DNA from: the human T2T-CHM13v2.0 reference genome, Homo sapiens
Assembly (NCBI RefSeq): GCF_009914755.1
Contig: NC_060933.1
DNA: 64,000 nt
Strand: one strand, 5' to 3'
In this document: positions 13,548 through 27,726 of the stretch, one piece after another
Position numbering within the stretch: the first letter of the stretch is position 1
Layout: every line of letters begins with the position of its first letter
Translations under genes and position numbers: made by a program
Notes under the pieces: generated by a model
What the model saw: the letters and a program-made list of their open reading frames with translations, nothing else
The model's database searches: none
Told to the model about the DNA's origin: nothing

Positions 13548-14507
13548 TGTGGGGAAAAGCAAGAGAGATCAGATTGTTACTGTGTCTGTGTAGAAAGAAG
13601 TAGACATAGGAGACTCCATTTTGTTATGTACTAAGAAAAATTCTTCTGCCTTGAGATTCTGTGACCTTACCCCCAACCCCGTGCTCTCTGAAACATGTGC
13701 TGTGTCAACTCAGAGTTAAATGGATTAAGGGCGGTGCAAGATGTGCTTTGTTAAACAGATGCTTGAAGGCAGCATGCTCCTTAAGAGTCATCACCACTCC
13801 CTAATCTCAAGTACCCAGGGACACAAAAACTGCGGAAGGCCGCAGGGACCTCTGCCTAGGAAAGCAAGGTATTGCCCAAAGTTTCTCCCCATGTGATAGT
13901 CTGAAATATGGCCTCGTGGGAAGGGAAAGACCTGACCGTCCCCCAGCCCGACACCCATAAAGGGTCTGTGCTGAGGAGGATTAGTAAAAGAGGAAGGAAT
14001 GCCTCTTGCAGTTGAGACAAGAGGAAGGCATCTGTCTCCTGCCTGTCCTTGGGCAATGGAATGTCTCGGTATAAAACCCGATTGTATGCTCCATCTACTG
14101 AGATAGGGAAAAACCGCCTTAGGGCTGGAGGTGGGACCTGCGGGCAGCAATACTGCTTTGTAAAGCATTGAGATGTTTATGTGTATGCATATCTAAAAGC
14201 ACAGCACTTAATCCTTTACATTGTCTATGATGCAAAGACCTTTGTTCACGTGTTTGTCTGCTGACCCTCTCCCCAAAATTGTCTTGTGACCCTGACACAT
14301 CCCCCTCTTCGAGAAACACCCACAGATGATCAATAAATACTAAGGGAACTCAGAGGCTGGCGGGATCCTCCATATGCTGAATGCTGGTTCCCCGGGTCCC
14401 CTTATTTCTTTCTCTATACTTTGTCTCTGTGTCTTTTTCTTTTCCAAATCTCTCGTCCCACCTTACGAGAAACACCCACAGGTGTGTAGGGGCAACCCAC
14501 CCCTACA
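13548..14507 (+). mobile_element. HERV-K(HML-2) solo LTR, LTR5_Hs, 960 bp
   Basis: TGTGGGGAAAAGCAAGAGAGATCAGATTG ... GGGGCAACCCACCCCTACA; perfect 6-bp TSD CCACTG (13542-13547 and 14508-14513); close to the recalled consensus, with an 8-bp deletion near 13660. Confidence 0.98.
14070..14337 (+). promoter_or_regulatory. LTR5_Hs regulatory core: TATA-like box, OCT4 motif, poly(A) signal
   Basis: TATAAAA at 14070-14076, ATGCAAAG at 14230-14237, AATAAA at 14332-14337. Confidence 0.75.
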
Positions 14508-14798
14508 CCACTGCACTCTAGCCTGGGTAACAGAGTAAGACTACGTCTTAAAACAAACAAACAAACCAAAGAAATTATACAGGTTTGCCTCTGAAGAAGA
14601 GAAGTTTGAATAAGCACAATAGTATTTTCTAGATTTAGTGTAATTAGGTAAATATATCAATTTATAAAAAGTACGAAACCACATTTTTGACACGTTTATT
14701 ATATTTAAAATATAGCGCAATAAAATAAGGTTAGGAAATGATTGCATATTACTCTCTGAGAGGAAGAATGTTATCTGTTGGTAGAATTAATAAAGTTA

Positions 14799-15124
<326 letters not shown>

Positions 15125-16355
15125 AAGAAGTAAAGATATATCTATTAACCTGTATAGGTATATATAAGCTAAAAACAACCATTCAACTTTTGTGGGCATA
15201 GTAGTCTGTGTCAGGCATTTTTGTATAAATCATAAACATTTAATTCTCATTCAAATAATAAATATATTATCTCACGGTTATAAAGGTATAATAAGTACAA
15301 TTTTAAAAAATAGACAAACTTTTCTGAATATTTCCAGTACAGTGGTATATCATTTTTTTCCGATAGAATAAATAGAAAAATACTCAAACCCTGGGTAATA
15401 TTTTGCAGAAAATGAATTAGTTACACTTATTCAAGTTGAATTATTCTAGTTCCTCAATTTTATATTCCAGAAAAATATATGCTGACTATATTTTTAATGC
15501 TTTTTTTTTTAGAGAAGTTTGTTTATTGATATGTACATCACTTTTACTAATTCAGGTTTGAGCAAAGTGTGACTCTTTATTCAATTTTCCAAAGAGTTCC
15601 AAACCAAAACTTGTGGATTTCCAGTTGATCTGTATATCACCTTGCCACCTCTGGCTTTTTTATCTCTAATACAGGTATAAGAATAACATTTAACAATAAA
15701 TGATTTGTGAAGCCAGTTGAAAAATGTTCATGCTATATTAATCAACTTGATAAAATGCATTAAATTTATGAATTTCTATAGGTTTGTTAGTGCCTGGAAT
15801 CTGTAGGTAGAGACACCCATAAAAAAGTCTTATAATATAAGCTATATAACTTAGTGAAAAATCAATAAGGCATACTAATGTTTGCATAGGATGACAACCT
15901 GGTCATATTAATTTTTCTGAGAAAATAATCTCAAATGAAAAATCACTTCCCTAAAGCATTATTTGTTTTTATATCAGATTTATTTCAGTTCAACCAACAT
16001 TGCACGCTCTAAGTATTAGACATTGTGATTGGTCCTGGGAATGCTAAGATAAAAATTTCTCCTTTTCTAACCTTGAATTCACAGAGAGGTAGAAGCAAGA
16101 GAAGCATAAACATATAATTTCAATGCAATATGGTAAGTAAAATGATAGTGGTACTTTTTCTGAATTTTCAGATATCAATTATTTATTTATAAACAGTTCT
16201 TTAGAGGGTGATTTATTTTCTCTATAGACGTCAACAAGATACACTTGCCTTGTATGGCAAAAATAAATTAATTTTAGCTTTGTGCAGATACATCCTATTG
16301 AGTTACAAAGTGATGCTATCAAACACCATTGACAACAACAAATTCAGGATTTATG

Positions 16356-16445
16356 GCTCTCTTTGTCTCTGTTTCTCTCTCCTTCTCTCTCTCTCTCTCT
16401 GTGTGTGTGTATGTATATACATATATGTATATTATACATACATAG
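16356..16445. repeat. Compound (CT)n/(GT)n/(TA) microsatellite
   Basis: ctctctctctctctctgtgtgtgtgtatgtatatac. Confidence 0.8.
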
Positions 16446-16899
16446 TTTAGGATACATGTGTATTCATATATAATTTTATTTTTTAGAACAAAATTAAAAA
16501 TAAAGTGTCTTTAAATGAAAGTCTGTGTTTGTAACACAATCTTATGACATCAGCATTAAAAAGGCTATTCAGAACACTTCCTCAAATTGAAACTATTACC
16601 AATACTGAGTTAAATATTTTAGGACTACTTCATTATCTAGGAAATTTGAGAAGCAAATTAACTCTTTTCTCAGAGTATTGTGATACCATATCTTTTCTTG
16701 TAAAATAAGATATTGTTTAATTATAAAATATTGTCAAATTTCTGAAAAAGTGTTTATATAAGTGTTAGGAATATGTTAGCCCTGGGAGCCATGTGTTACT
16801 TATCATTGTACAGATCTTCTTGCTGACACAACTGGGTATGGTAGACGGCCTGATATGATTAACTGCAAGTAAAGCAGAAATTATTAAAAACAATATTGA

Positions 16900-17206
16900 G
16901 GCCAGGCAAGGTGGCTCATGCCTGTAGTTCCAGCACTTTGGGAGGTCGAGGCAGGTGGATCACGAGGTCAGGCATTCAAGACTAGCCTGACCAAGATGGT
17001 GAAACCCCGTCTTTACTAAAAATACAAAACTAGGTGGGCATGGTGGTGGGTTCCTGTAATCCCAGGCTGAGGAAGATAATTGCTTGATCCCAGAAGGTGG
17101 AGGTGGAGGTTGCAGTGAGTCGAGATCACACCACCGCACTCTAGCCTGGGTGACAGAGTAAGACAACGTCTCAAAAACAAAAACAAAACAAACAAACAAA
17201 CAAAAA
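16900..17206 (+). mobile_element. AluSg-like with an (AAAC)n tail
   Basis: ggccaggcaaggtggctc ... ggatcacgaggtcagg ... gaccaagatggtgaaaccccgtc. Confidence 0.92.
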
Positions 17207-18346
17207 TTAAATTAACTGGATGTTAAATGTGGTTTCTTTACATTTACCAGAATTTCTGCCAAGGTCCTAATGGCCCCAAATAATAGGTGCTACATTATCA
17301 AGCAGATATATCAAGAGATTGTGATAATGTTAATGAAACCCCTTTGCTCATCACTCATTTCCAAAATTTATATTTTCAAAGGGAATTTCGTACAGAGTTC
17401 CTAAAAATAGGGATCATGATGCCAGTGTATTGCCTCACTGATTGCTGAATGAAGAGGACTATACTGAAGCATTCAAAGAACGTGATGTGCCTCTGGAGCA
17501 ACTGAAGGATTGCTATCTGACTTATGCATTTAAAACCTTCGAAGTGGAAGTTTGTCTGGAATGGCTTAGGCAAACAGGCTGGGTTGGATTGAGAATTGAA
17601 TGTATACATAAAATTTGGTTTGGTCAGATGAGAACACCAAATGTGGTAGCTAGCTCACCTTTATTTATGAGATTTTTATTGGGTTGATTTGTCTTGAAAG
17701 AATCAAATCTAAGAGAAATGTTTGGAATGGCTAGATGATCCTAACAGAAGAAATCTTACAGGTCTTTACTGCTAAACCTAAGGAGATGAGAGTAAACAGT
17801 AAGTGGCCAACTCAAAGAAGCATGGACTATGTTGAAACATGGACTATAGCTGCAATTTCCCAGTGGTGCAGTTTTCAAGCGTTTTACCCCAGGAAAGAAA
17901 AAAATAAATAAATGAAAAGTAGCCATTTCACCATTCAGAGGATAGAGACTGTTGCCCAGTGAAAACTGCATGAATTATGTAATAGTTTTATGCTTGTTTC
18001 CCCCACTCACCATTCCAAAACTGTAAGACTTCAAGATAGAACAGGAGGTATGAAATTTTAACAGCACATAAAAAAATAGTGAACATTCTATCCCCGCACT
18101 TCATTGCCATTACTAAGGCTAAGGCAGGACAGAGTTTAGAATGCAGCAAAGCTTTGAAATGTATAAGAGATAATATCTCTAATATTCAAATGCACCATAA
18201 ACTCAAAACTTAGAATCAATCCTATTTTTAAAATACTGAATGTGACAAGAAACGTTATAAAAGTTTTCAAGATATCAGTATATGATAGAAAGAGATGTAT
18301 TGCTTTAGCACAAATCATTCTACAAAAAAAAATTCTTCTGAAATAA

Positions 18347-18698
<352 letters not shown>

Positions 18699-19299
18699 AC
18701 AAATTTTCTTTTACCTTGGAAAACATATATGCAAATATACTTGTCAACTATCCGACAAAGGTCTTCGGTATGTATGTATGGATTCATTGAACTTTGTTTC
18801 TTTTTACATAATGAATATTTTATGATTTTTAGCTTTGGTTTTTTGAAATGAACCAATAAATTGAAGAGACACAAGAAGTAATATGTGTGTAAATACCAGC
18901 ACGCTTAGCCTCTCAAATAAACCTCTTACAGGTGTCTGACTCCTAAATCCAATTTGATATTTTTTCAGAACTTGTCTTTATCAATTATTTACATTCTGCT
19001 TCATTTTCTGATTTGTTTTTTTACTTTCACACTCACTTATCATTGTTTTACACAATAGTTGTTTACTACAGTAACAATTATATCTGACATAAATGTACTG
19101 AGGAACAAAACAACCATCTTATGGCATACAAATTAGCAATGGGAGAAGGCTAACCCCAAACATATGCCAAGCCAGGGGCCAGGAAATCCAGGGATGTGGT
19201 TAGGCAGAAACTGGGAAGACACTTTATAGCGATTCCTATCTTTGTTACAGACATAAAGGAGATAAATTATAATATGAAAAAATGGCCCTCACAGTTCTA

Positions 19300-19797
19300 A
19301 AGAGATTAACTAAAAGTCTAGTACCTTTTAAAGATCTGAATAGGAAACACTTGTCATTTATTGTCTCTAAGGGCAGCCACTGTAAGACTTCAAAAGAACC
19401 TTGGTCTCCACAGTCTTTTATCTTAACCTGAACATTCCCTTTCTATCAATCCCAGGTCTTGAATCAAACTCAACCAATTATCAACCAGAAAATGTTTAAA
19501 TTCACCTATAGCCTGGAACCAACCCCCAAACCCCAATACCCTCCCATCCCCCAACCCGCCTGCCAGCCCCAACCCCTCCCACCCCCACTCCCTCTGCTTT
19601 GAGTTGTCCCACCTTTCTGGATCAAACTGATGTATTTCTTAAGTGTAGTTAATTGATGTCTCATGCCTCTCTAAAATGTATAAAAGCAAGCTGCATCCCA
19701 ACCACCTTGGGCACATGTTCTCAGGACCTCCTGAGTGCTGTGTCACTGGCCATGGTTACTCATATTTGGCTTAGAATAAATCTCTTCAAATATATTT
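19300..19797 (+). mobile_element. MER4-family (MER4D/E-like) ERV1 LTR, partial
   Basis: ccttttaaagatctgaataggaaac, cttcaaaagaaccttggtctccac, caccttgggcacatgttctcaggacctcctgag, catatttggcttagaataaatctcttcaaatat. Confidence 0.85.
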
Positions 19798-19814
19798 TTT
19801 TAAAGAAGAAAGAA

Positions 19815-20235
<421 letters not shown>

Positions 20236-20593
20236 TTAATTGCAACCAGTGCCCAAAATGCCAATTATAACATAGTTTGCTATCTACCATTGCTTTATTT
20301 AACTGAAGTATTCAACCATAGATATGGAAAAAAGACTGACCTAGTTTAGAAAAGTTCTATCCTGATACATTTAAGCACTAGAGAGTATGCACAAATAAAA
20401 ACACAAACTTAACTTTTCTTAAAAACTTTTACTGAGTCAAATATTAAAAGAGAACACTTGTTTGTAAAGCATCTCATGAAGTTGATTTTTGATTTTTCAG
20501 TCCTTCAGTAACTAATAATCTTTATTTTGACATTGATGGTTATCCAATGGAAGAATAACTGCAAGATATTAATAATAGAAATCATTTGCATCA

Positions 20594-20847
20594 GCCGGGT
20601 ACAGTGGCTCACTCCTGTAATCCCAGAACACTGGGAGGCCAAGGTGGGCAGATCACTTCAGCCCACGAGTTGGAGACCAGCCTGGGCAATGTGGCAAAAC
20701 CTTGTTTCTACTAAAGATACAAAAATTAGCTGGGCATGGCGGCATGTGCCTGTAGTCCCAGTTACTCAGGAGGCTGAGATGGGAGGATTGCATGAGCACA
20801 CTGCACTTCAGCCTGGGCAACATAGTAAGATCCTGTCACAAAAAAAA
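20594..20847 (+). mobile_element. AluJ-type with a right-arm internal deletion
   Basis: gggaggattgcatgagc joins directly to acactgcac; TSD aaatcatttg(ca/tg)tca. Confidence 0.88.
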
Positions 20848-22514
20848 AAATCATTTGTGTCAAATGATTTTTGTATCAAAGCTTTCAGAAAAAGGAGTGG
20901 AAAGAAAATTTAAAAAGCTTTTGTCCATCATTCTTAGATGTCATATTCAAGTAAATATTTCTTCAGACTTAATAAAAAAAATTGAACAATAATAACAAGT
21001 GTGATTGTATTTCCATTAACCTGAAATTTACTGCTATTTCAAATTCTACTCAATTTAGAGTTTTTAAGATTAAAAACAGGAAATATTAAATAGAAGTTAC
21101 AATATTTTTGAAGTAATTGGTGAGAATTTGTTTAATAATGCCTATGTATTTGGTAATTTGATCTTAGTTCTACAAATTTCACTATCACAAACTCTTCCCT
21201 GTCCGTTACCTCAGCTACAAGATTTATCAGACTGTCAATGACAACTATGTCACATATGGTAGTGCCCTTTGCTTTAATGAGGGTGATTAGCTAAAATTGA
21301 TGTTCATTGCCTTAGTACAGATATGCTATATTTAGATATATTTAACTCTATTACACATACTGCAAACACATACTCTTGTTGTCTTCTACACTATTATATA
21401 TTTTACTTGTTATAGTAGATATTTATTTTAGATGAATAACTAAGTATAATAAAATAGATAGCAGAGGAATTAATTATCTCACATGGATATCATTTCACCT
21501 GATCTTGATGAACAAGGAAATGGGTGATTTACCCAGGAATAAATATAAAGTTCTGTATGGTTTGGAAAGCACAAATGGTCACCTAATTTTGAAACACTTT
21601 AGGTAAATTCCCATTCAGAAAAACATTTATCACTTATATAACTAATGAAATGCTTAGGGGAAAGTGTTTTGGCTGTCAAAGAACCATACTTTGCTTTTAG
21701 AGACTATGTTTGTATTTGAATATTTCATAAAAACTATTTCTAAGCCAAGGAAAAAAAAACCAAATAAACAGGCAAAGATCTATTATTGAAAGTGAAATAT
21801 TTACATATAACCGTAGTTAGAAAAGAAGTGGAAATCAGTATGTGATTTCAGATGATTGCATATTTTATAACTATTAGGGTTAAAGTGCATTAGAGCTTCC
21901 TGTTTGCCAGTTGCTGAGAGGCTTTGATTCAGAGGTAGCATCTGTACAAAAAGATACTGCCATTTTTATGGTAAATGCTTTTTAAATTGAACTAGAAAGT
22001 AAATAGTCACACATTTTGAAAAAAATATGAATTTTTAAAAGTCTGTGTTTGAACATCAATAAAGAAACAAACGTAACTATGAATTAAGAGAAATCTAGAA
22101 ATACTTTATTTAAACAAAAACATTGCAAACATTTATGTCATAATATTTACTTTCTTAAAATAGAAACAAAAGCAGTTGGAGATTTAATTCACTATAAGAA
22201 AGAAAAGCTTTTGTACATAATGTTTTCTAAGGTAGTAAATGTAAACCTAAGTAACATGGCATGGAATGAAAATAAATTACTGAGAATGGCTTTGTATTGA
22301 TTACGTATGTTCTGAAATTTTTCCGTATTGAAACAAATCTACACAGTGGAGGAAAATATGTACTTAAAACTGGCATCTGATGTGATTAGTGTATTACATA
22401 CAAACAAATTTGCAATAGTCTCTGAAGAGAAAATGAGATTTCTACCTTTTCCATTTCCAATTCAGTCCAGTCATTTTTGGTGTATTTCTCTGATAGTGTC
22501 TCTATTAAAATGTA

Positions 22515-23765
22515 ATTTATTTTATTTTATTTCTATAAATTTATGGAGTGCAACTGTAATTTTGTTACATCCATAGGTTGCATAGTGAAGTCAGGATGTT
22601 CAGCATATTCATCACCTAAAAAGCATACCTTGTACTCATTAAGTAATTTCTTATCATTTACTCCCCTCTCACTCTCCCCCAACTCTTCCAAGTCTTCATG
22701 TCCAAGTCTCTATCATTGCACACTCTATGTCCATGTGAATGCATTAATTACCTCCCATTTATAAATGAGAACATGCAGTATCTGTCTTTCTGTGTCTGAC
22801 TTTCATCTAAGATAATGTCCTCCAGTTCCATCCAAACTGCTCCAAAATACATGTTTCATGAGTATATTATTTTTAAAGGCTGAATTGTATTCCACTGTGT
22901 ATATCATCATATTTTCTTATCTTTAGGTGGAAATCTTTTTTATTATACTTTAAGTTCTGGGGTACATGTGCAGAACTTGCAGGTTTGTTATGTAGGTATA
23001 CACGTGCCATAGTGGTTTGCTGCACTCATCAACCTGTCATCTACATTAGGTCTTTCTCTAAATGCTATCCCTCCCCTAGCCCCTCACCCTCTGACAGGCT
23101 GTGGAGTGTGATGTTCCCCTCCTTGTGTCCATGTATTCTCATTGTTCAGCTCCCACTTATGAGTGAGAGCATGCAGTGTTTGGTTTTCTGTTCTTGTGTT
23201 AGCTTGCTGAGAATGATGTTTGCCAATTTCATTCATGTCCCTGCAAAGGACATGAAATCATCATTTTTTATGGCTGCATAGTATTCCATGATGCATATGT
23301 GCCACATTTTCTTTATCCAGTCTATCGTTGGTGGGCATTTGGGTTGGTTCCAAGTCTTTGCTATTGTGAACAGTGCTGCAATAAACATATGTGTGCATGT
23401 GTCTTCAGAGTAGGATGATTTATAATCCTTTGAGTATATACCCAGTAATGGGATTGCTGGGTCAAAAGGTATTTCTAGTTCTAGATCCCTGAAAAATTTC
23501 CACACTGTCTTCCACAATGGTTAAACTAATTTACACTCCCACCAACAGTGTAAAAGCATTCCTATTGCTCCACATTCTCTCCAGTACCTGTTGTTTTCTG
23601 ACTTTTTAGTGATCTCCATTCTAACTGGAGTGAGATGGTACCATCTCACATTTTCTTTATCAAATCATCTATTGGTGGACACTTAGGTTGATTCAGTATC
23701 TTTGCTACTGTGAATAGTGCTGGGATAAGTGCTGGTACGTTTATGATATAAGGATTTCAAATAGA
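22515..23765 (-). mobile_element. L1MA 3' end, antisense, host of a nested L1PA
   Basis: cccatttataaatgagaacatgcagtatctgtctttctgtgtctgac ... ; resumes at cacattttctttatc...ggacacttaggttgattc after 23647. Confidence 0.8.
22936..23640 (-). mobile_element. 5'-truncated L1PA (PA7/PA8-like) 3' end
   Basis: tattatactttaagttctggggtacatgtgcag...; the minus-strand ORF 23233-23517 is the L1 ORF2 C-terminus (EIPFDPAIPLLGIY...FIAALFTIAKTWNQPKCP). Confidence 0.92.
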
Positions 23766-24089
23766 CTGTAAGAGTGTAAAAAGTTTCCACTGAACTTTGG
23801 ACTGGAAATATGATAAGAGAAGATCCTTTCACTAATAGAGGCAGAGCGTTAAGAGATAAAATCAATAACTAATTTTATGCTGCACTAAACAGGGAAGAAA
23901 GAGAAAGTGAGTAAAAAGCAAGTTTTGTGGTTGGCCAGGTTTTGGATTACATAACGAAAATAGACAAACATACTTTATTAAGCATATTGCATAACCTATG
24001 CTACTTTCAGCTTATTTATATTCATTTAATCCCTCATTCAACTTAATATAATATCCTCTTTTCGTTCCTGGCTTTCTACCTGCCTGTTC

Positions 24090-24680
24090 TCATTCATTAA
24101 CTTGTTTTAGCCAATGAGTCATGAGTAGCTACTCTGTTCAGGCATTGTTCTCAGTTCTAGTGATACAGTAGCATACAATTTTAACAAAATATCGCCCTCA
24201 TGAAGCTACATTTTAGAGGAAGGAACTCAGTGAACACGTCAACAGAAAAATATAAAATATTTTAGAATACAAATAATTGGTATGAAGGAAAACCAGTCAA
24301 ATGAGGGGTAAGACATATTCAAGGTAGAGAACAATCTACAATTACACTGAGCCCTGAACAAAGAGAGAAAATAAGCTATACATAAATTTGGGGAAGAACA
24401 TTTCAGGAAGAGGGAAGTGTACAGGCTCTAATGAAATCAAAAAGCTAGTGTATTCCAAAAAGAGCAAAAAATCATTATGCTTGAAATTGAATTGAATGAG
24501 CAATGAGAAGAATAGTAAAAATGAGATCAAACAATAATCTAGAGCTAGATCAGAAAAAAGTCTAAAAGCTAAAATGAAGGTATGCATCTTATTCTAGAGT
24601 GTGAAGAGATCTGATCAGGAGAACTACATGATCTGATTACTATTTCAAAATAAGGATTCTTGATGCTATTTGGAAAATGA
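24090..24680 (-). mobile_element. L2 3' region, antisense
   Basis: gagtagctactctgttcaggcattgttctcag, gccctcatgaagctacattttag, ggggaagaacatttcaggaagaggg. Confidence 0.65.
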
Positions 24681-25379
24681 TGGCCTACTATAATGATAAG
24701 AGATTATTTTAAATATGTAGTAATGAGATAAAATTACATGAATGAATGTTTTTATTTATAATGAGCATACCAGTGTGTAGCCTCTTTAGTACTTGTATAC
24801 TTGGAAGCAGTTTATTCTCTGAATATTTTTTTTTATTTCTTCTCTAACTTGTTTATTCTTTTTAAATTTAATGTCAATATAATATGTTTTAACTTTAAAA
24901 ATTTAGGTGCTTTATGAGTGGAATCTCAGTTAAAAAATGTTATTATTCAGTAGGTACTAAATTGAGTTCCTGTTTTACTTTACAAACCAAGCACCATAGG
25001 TTATTACAGAAAACCATTATAAGTCAAATTTTTAAAAAGTTTCTTCAGTGAAGTAGACATTACAAAAGTTATATTTAAACACAACACTATGAACTCAAGT
25101 CACAGAGGCAAAGAGAAACTATTGTATTTGCTTTGAGCATCTACACATTGTAAAAAAGGTTATTGAATGCAATTCAAATCTAACTTCATCTGAGGATAAC
25201 CCCAGGCACTTTGTGCCTGTATTTCTTGTAGTTTTGTACTGACTATTGGAAACTCATTCAGTTTTGCCTTAAAGCACCCAGTAACCTATGAACAAAATGC
25301 ATAAAAACTATTACATGATGTTCAGCCTTTGTAGACCAAACACAACAGGTATATGCAATTGCATAGTGCTGATGACTCA

Positions 25380-25427
25380 CAAAAACAAAACAAAACAAAA
25401 CAAAACAAAACAAAACAAAACAAAAAA
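25380..25427. repeat. (AAAAC)n pentanucleotide repeat
   Basis: About 8-9 copies of caaaa. Confidence 0.95.
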
Positions 25428-27726
25428 CTCTGTCCTCAGACTGATTTGTGAAAATAACTATTTAATCTAAAAATAAACTAAAGAGTGAAAATGAGAATTA
25501 GCAAATAGAGTTGAAGGTGTGTCTCAAAATGGATTGTATTTTATATAGCCTTTTACTATAATTATTCTTATAACAGGGCTTGTTTTCCTCTATTAGACTG
25601 CAAATGTGTTGGTTACTGAGGCGGTTGCACTTGTTTTTGTATCACTTATGAAACCTAGTATAGTGCTTTGTATTATAGTAATCCTTCATTAGATATTATG
25701 TGAATGATTTGAATTATATTTCATAGTAGCTCAAAGTTAGTCTTGATGGATAAATGAATGTAATACAACCATATACATTATTAGTAAGGAACTTAATATC
25801 ATGAAGTATCTTTAACCAAAGTAATAATTAAAAAGTAGGAGTAAACCATAATAAGTTCAAATTTAGAATTTGATAGATAATGGAGATTACTTTTTAGGCC
25901 TAAATATTGAAGGATAGATGTTTATGAAACTTTGAGGTTCAAATTATTTGTAGAAATGTTTATTTAATATTATATTCAAGATATTAAAATGACAACAACA
26001 GGAAAATGTATAAGAGATTTGTTAAACACATCCTGAAAGCATGGAAATAACCATATATCTTAGCCTAATGCATGAAATAGTATAGCAAATATAAGCAGGA
26101 TGTTTTCATTTTTATTTTAAAATTGTGTTTATCACTGGATAGGGATAATAAATTTATTCTATTTATTTTTTGCTGTTAAACATATACTTTAATAAACTAA
26201 ACACATTTGTTTCTGCAGTGGATGGAAATATGTTTGTCACAGGTAAAATTGTCACTTGGGTAAATTTTATCTCAAGCAACTCCTTTTTAGTTTTAATACT
26301 TTCTATGTTGCCCAAATCAAGTCTTATTTCCATGAATCACTGTTTTATGTAATAATTTTCTTGGTGAGGTCAATTTACATAGTTTTGGTACTTTCATGTC
26401 AGATTTCTAAGGTAGTATAATTTAGTTTAGAGGAAGAATTTCTACACAGATCATGTAATTGTCTCTTCATTATATATCAGGGTAAAATCTATAAAAAACA
26501 AAATTGGTTTGAGAACAAAGCTGTCATTACTTGCAAGATGAAAACAGAAAAATTGCATGTGTTTATTAAAACACAGAAGTATATTCCTGTGCAAATTAAT
26601 GCAGATTCTGAAGTGAAAGACAGGACTTTTGAGAGATTTTGAGTCCAAGGGTTCACCTCTTCAAACACAACTGAAAAAACTCTATTTTTTTTATTTTTAA
26701 ATCTAATCAGTTTATATATGCCCAGGTCCAGCAAAAAGAAGCTGGGTTGATAATGTGTTTTGCAGTTATTCAAGCTAGTTTGAAAGAGTACCTAGCAGTG
26801 ATTGTGAAGACCAATGATTGTGCTACTAAGGTCTCTCAATTGCCAGACACCCACCAAGTATTTTTTAAATATGCTATTCTGTTTTGAAACTCAAAACCTT
26901 GTATTTTTGTTAATCTAGTTACCTGCCAAATCAAACAGGAATCCAAAGTTTCATAACCCTGCTGTGTTCTCTGGTTACTAGAAATAAGCATATTTTTGAT
27001 GTTTTAACAACCTTTTAAAATAATAATTTCTAATAATGAAATAGAATATTTGTATTTTAAGTAGCTATTGGGTATATCTTTACATAACTAGATGATTATA
27101 TTAAATGGGTTTTTTAGATGAATGATGTGCATGCGTAGATAGTTTTAAAATGAAATATGTTTTTTCCTTTTTTACTTAAATTTCTTTTTAGAACATACTG
27201 TTATGAACATTAACATTTATTCAAGTCCTTGGGACAATTCTTCTTCAGTTACCCAGTAAAATTTTCATGATCTCTGCAAAACATAGAAATATAAAATAAC
27301 ATAAATTTTAGAATACAGTGAGATGACTTACACAATTTGATAATATTTTATGATTAACCAGTTAACTGAAACCTAAAAACCTGTATTAACTGATTAATAT
27401 TGCAGCAAAATGTCAGTTCATGTTATTGTATCAATCACTTGTGGATACATGATTATGCTGTCGTGATATGATTTCTAACAATTGTCTTGTCATTTTTAGC
27501 TTTTACTATTATAATTTTAATTAAAATATATTAAAGTCACTATGTCATAACAGACTTTATATTGTGCCATGCAGTCCTATTGCTCTTTTGTTTCAAATAT
27601 CATATAGTCTAAAGCAATGATTCTCATTAAATACATGCATCAAAATCAACTGCAGTTATTACATGCTAACTCAAACTTACAAAATCAAGCTCTCTGTGAT
27701 CCTGGTTAATACATCTAAGTACTTGA

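Larger units (their letters stand above)
13463..14569 (+). mobile_element. 5'-truncated Alu (right arm) split by LTR5_Hs
   Basis: ggagaatcgcttgaacccgggaggcggaggttgcagtg..ccactg, then the LTR, then ccactgcactctagcctggg and an (AAAC)n tail; 17-bp TSD AGAAATTATAC(G/A)GGTTT at 13446-13462 and 14570-14586. Confidence 0.9.

Noticed and set aside
13791-14319. Minus-strand ORFs (125, 66 and 66 aa)
   Set aside because: They lie wholly inside the LTR5_Hs; no PBS, gag, pol or env follows, so this is a solo LTR and not a provirus.
23233-23517. 94-aa ORF with recognisable protein character
   Set aside because: It is the C-terminal end of L1 ORF2 in a truncated L1PA.
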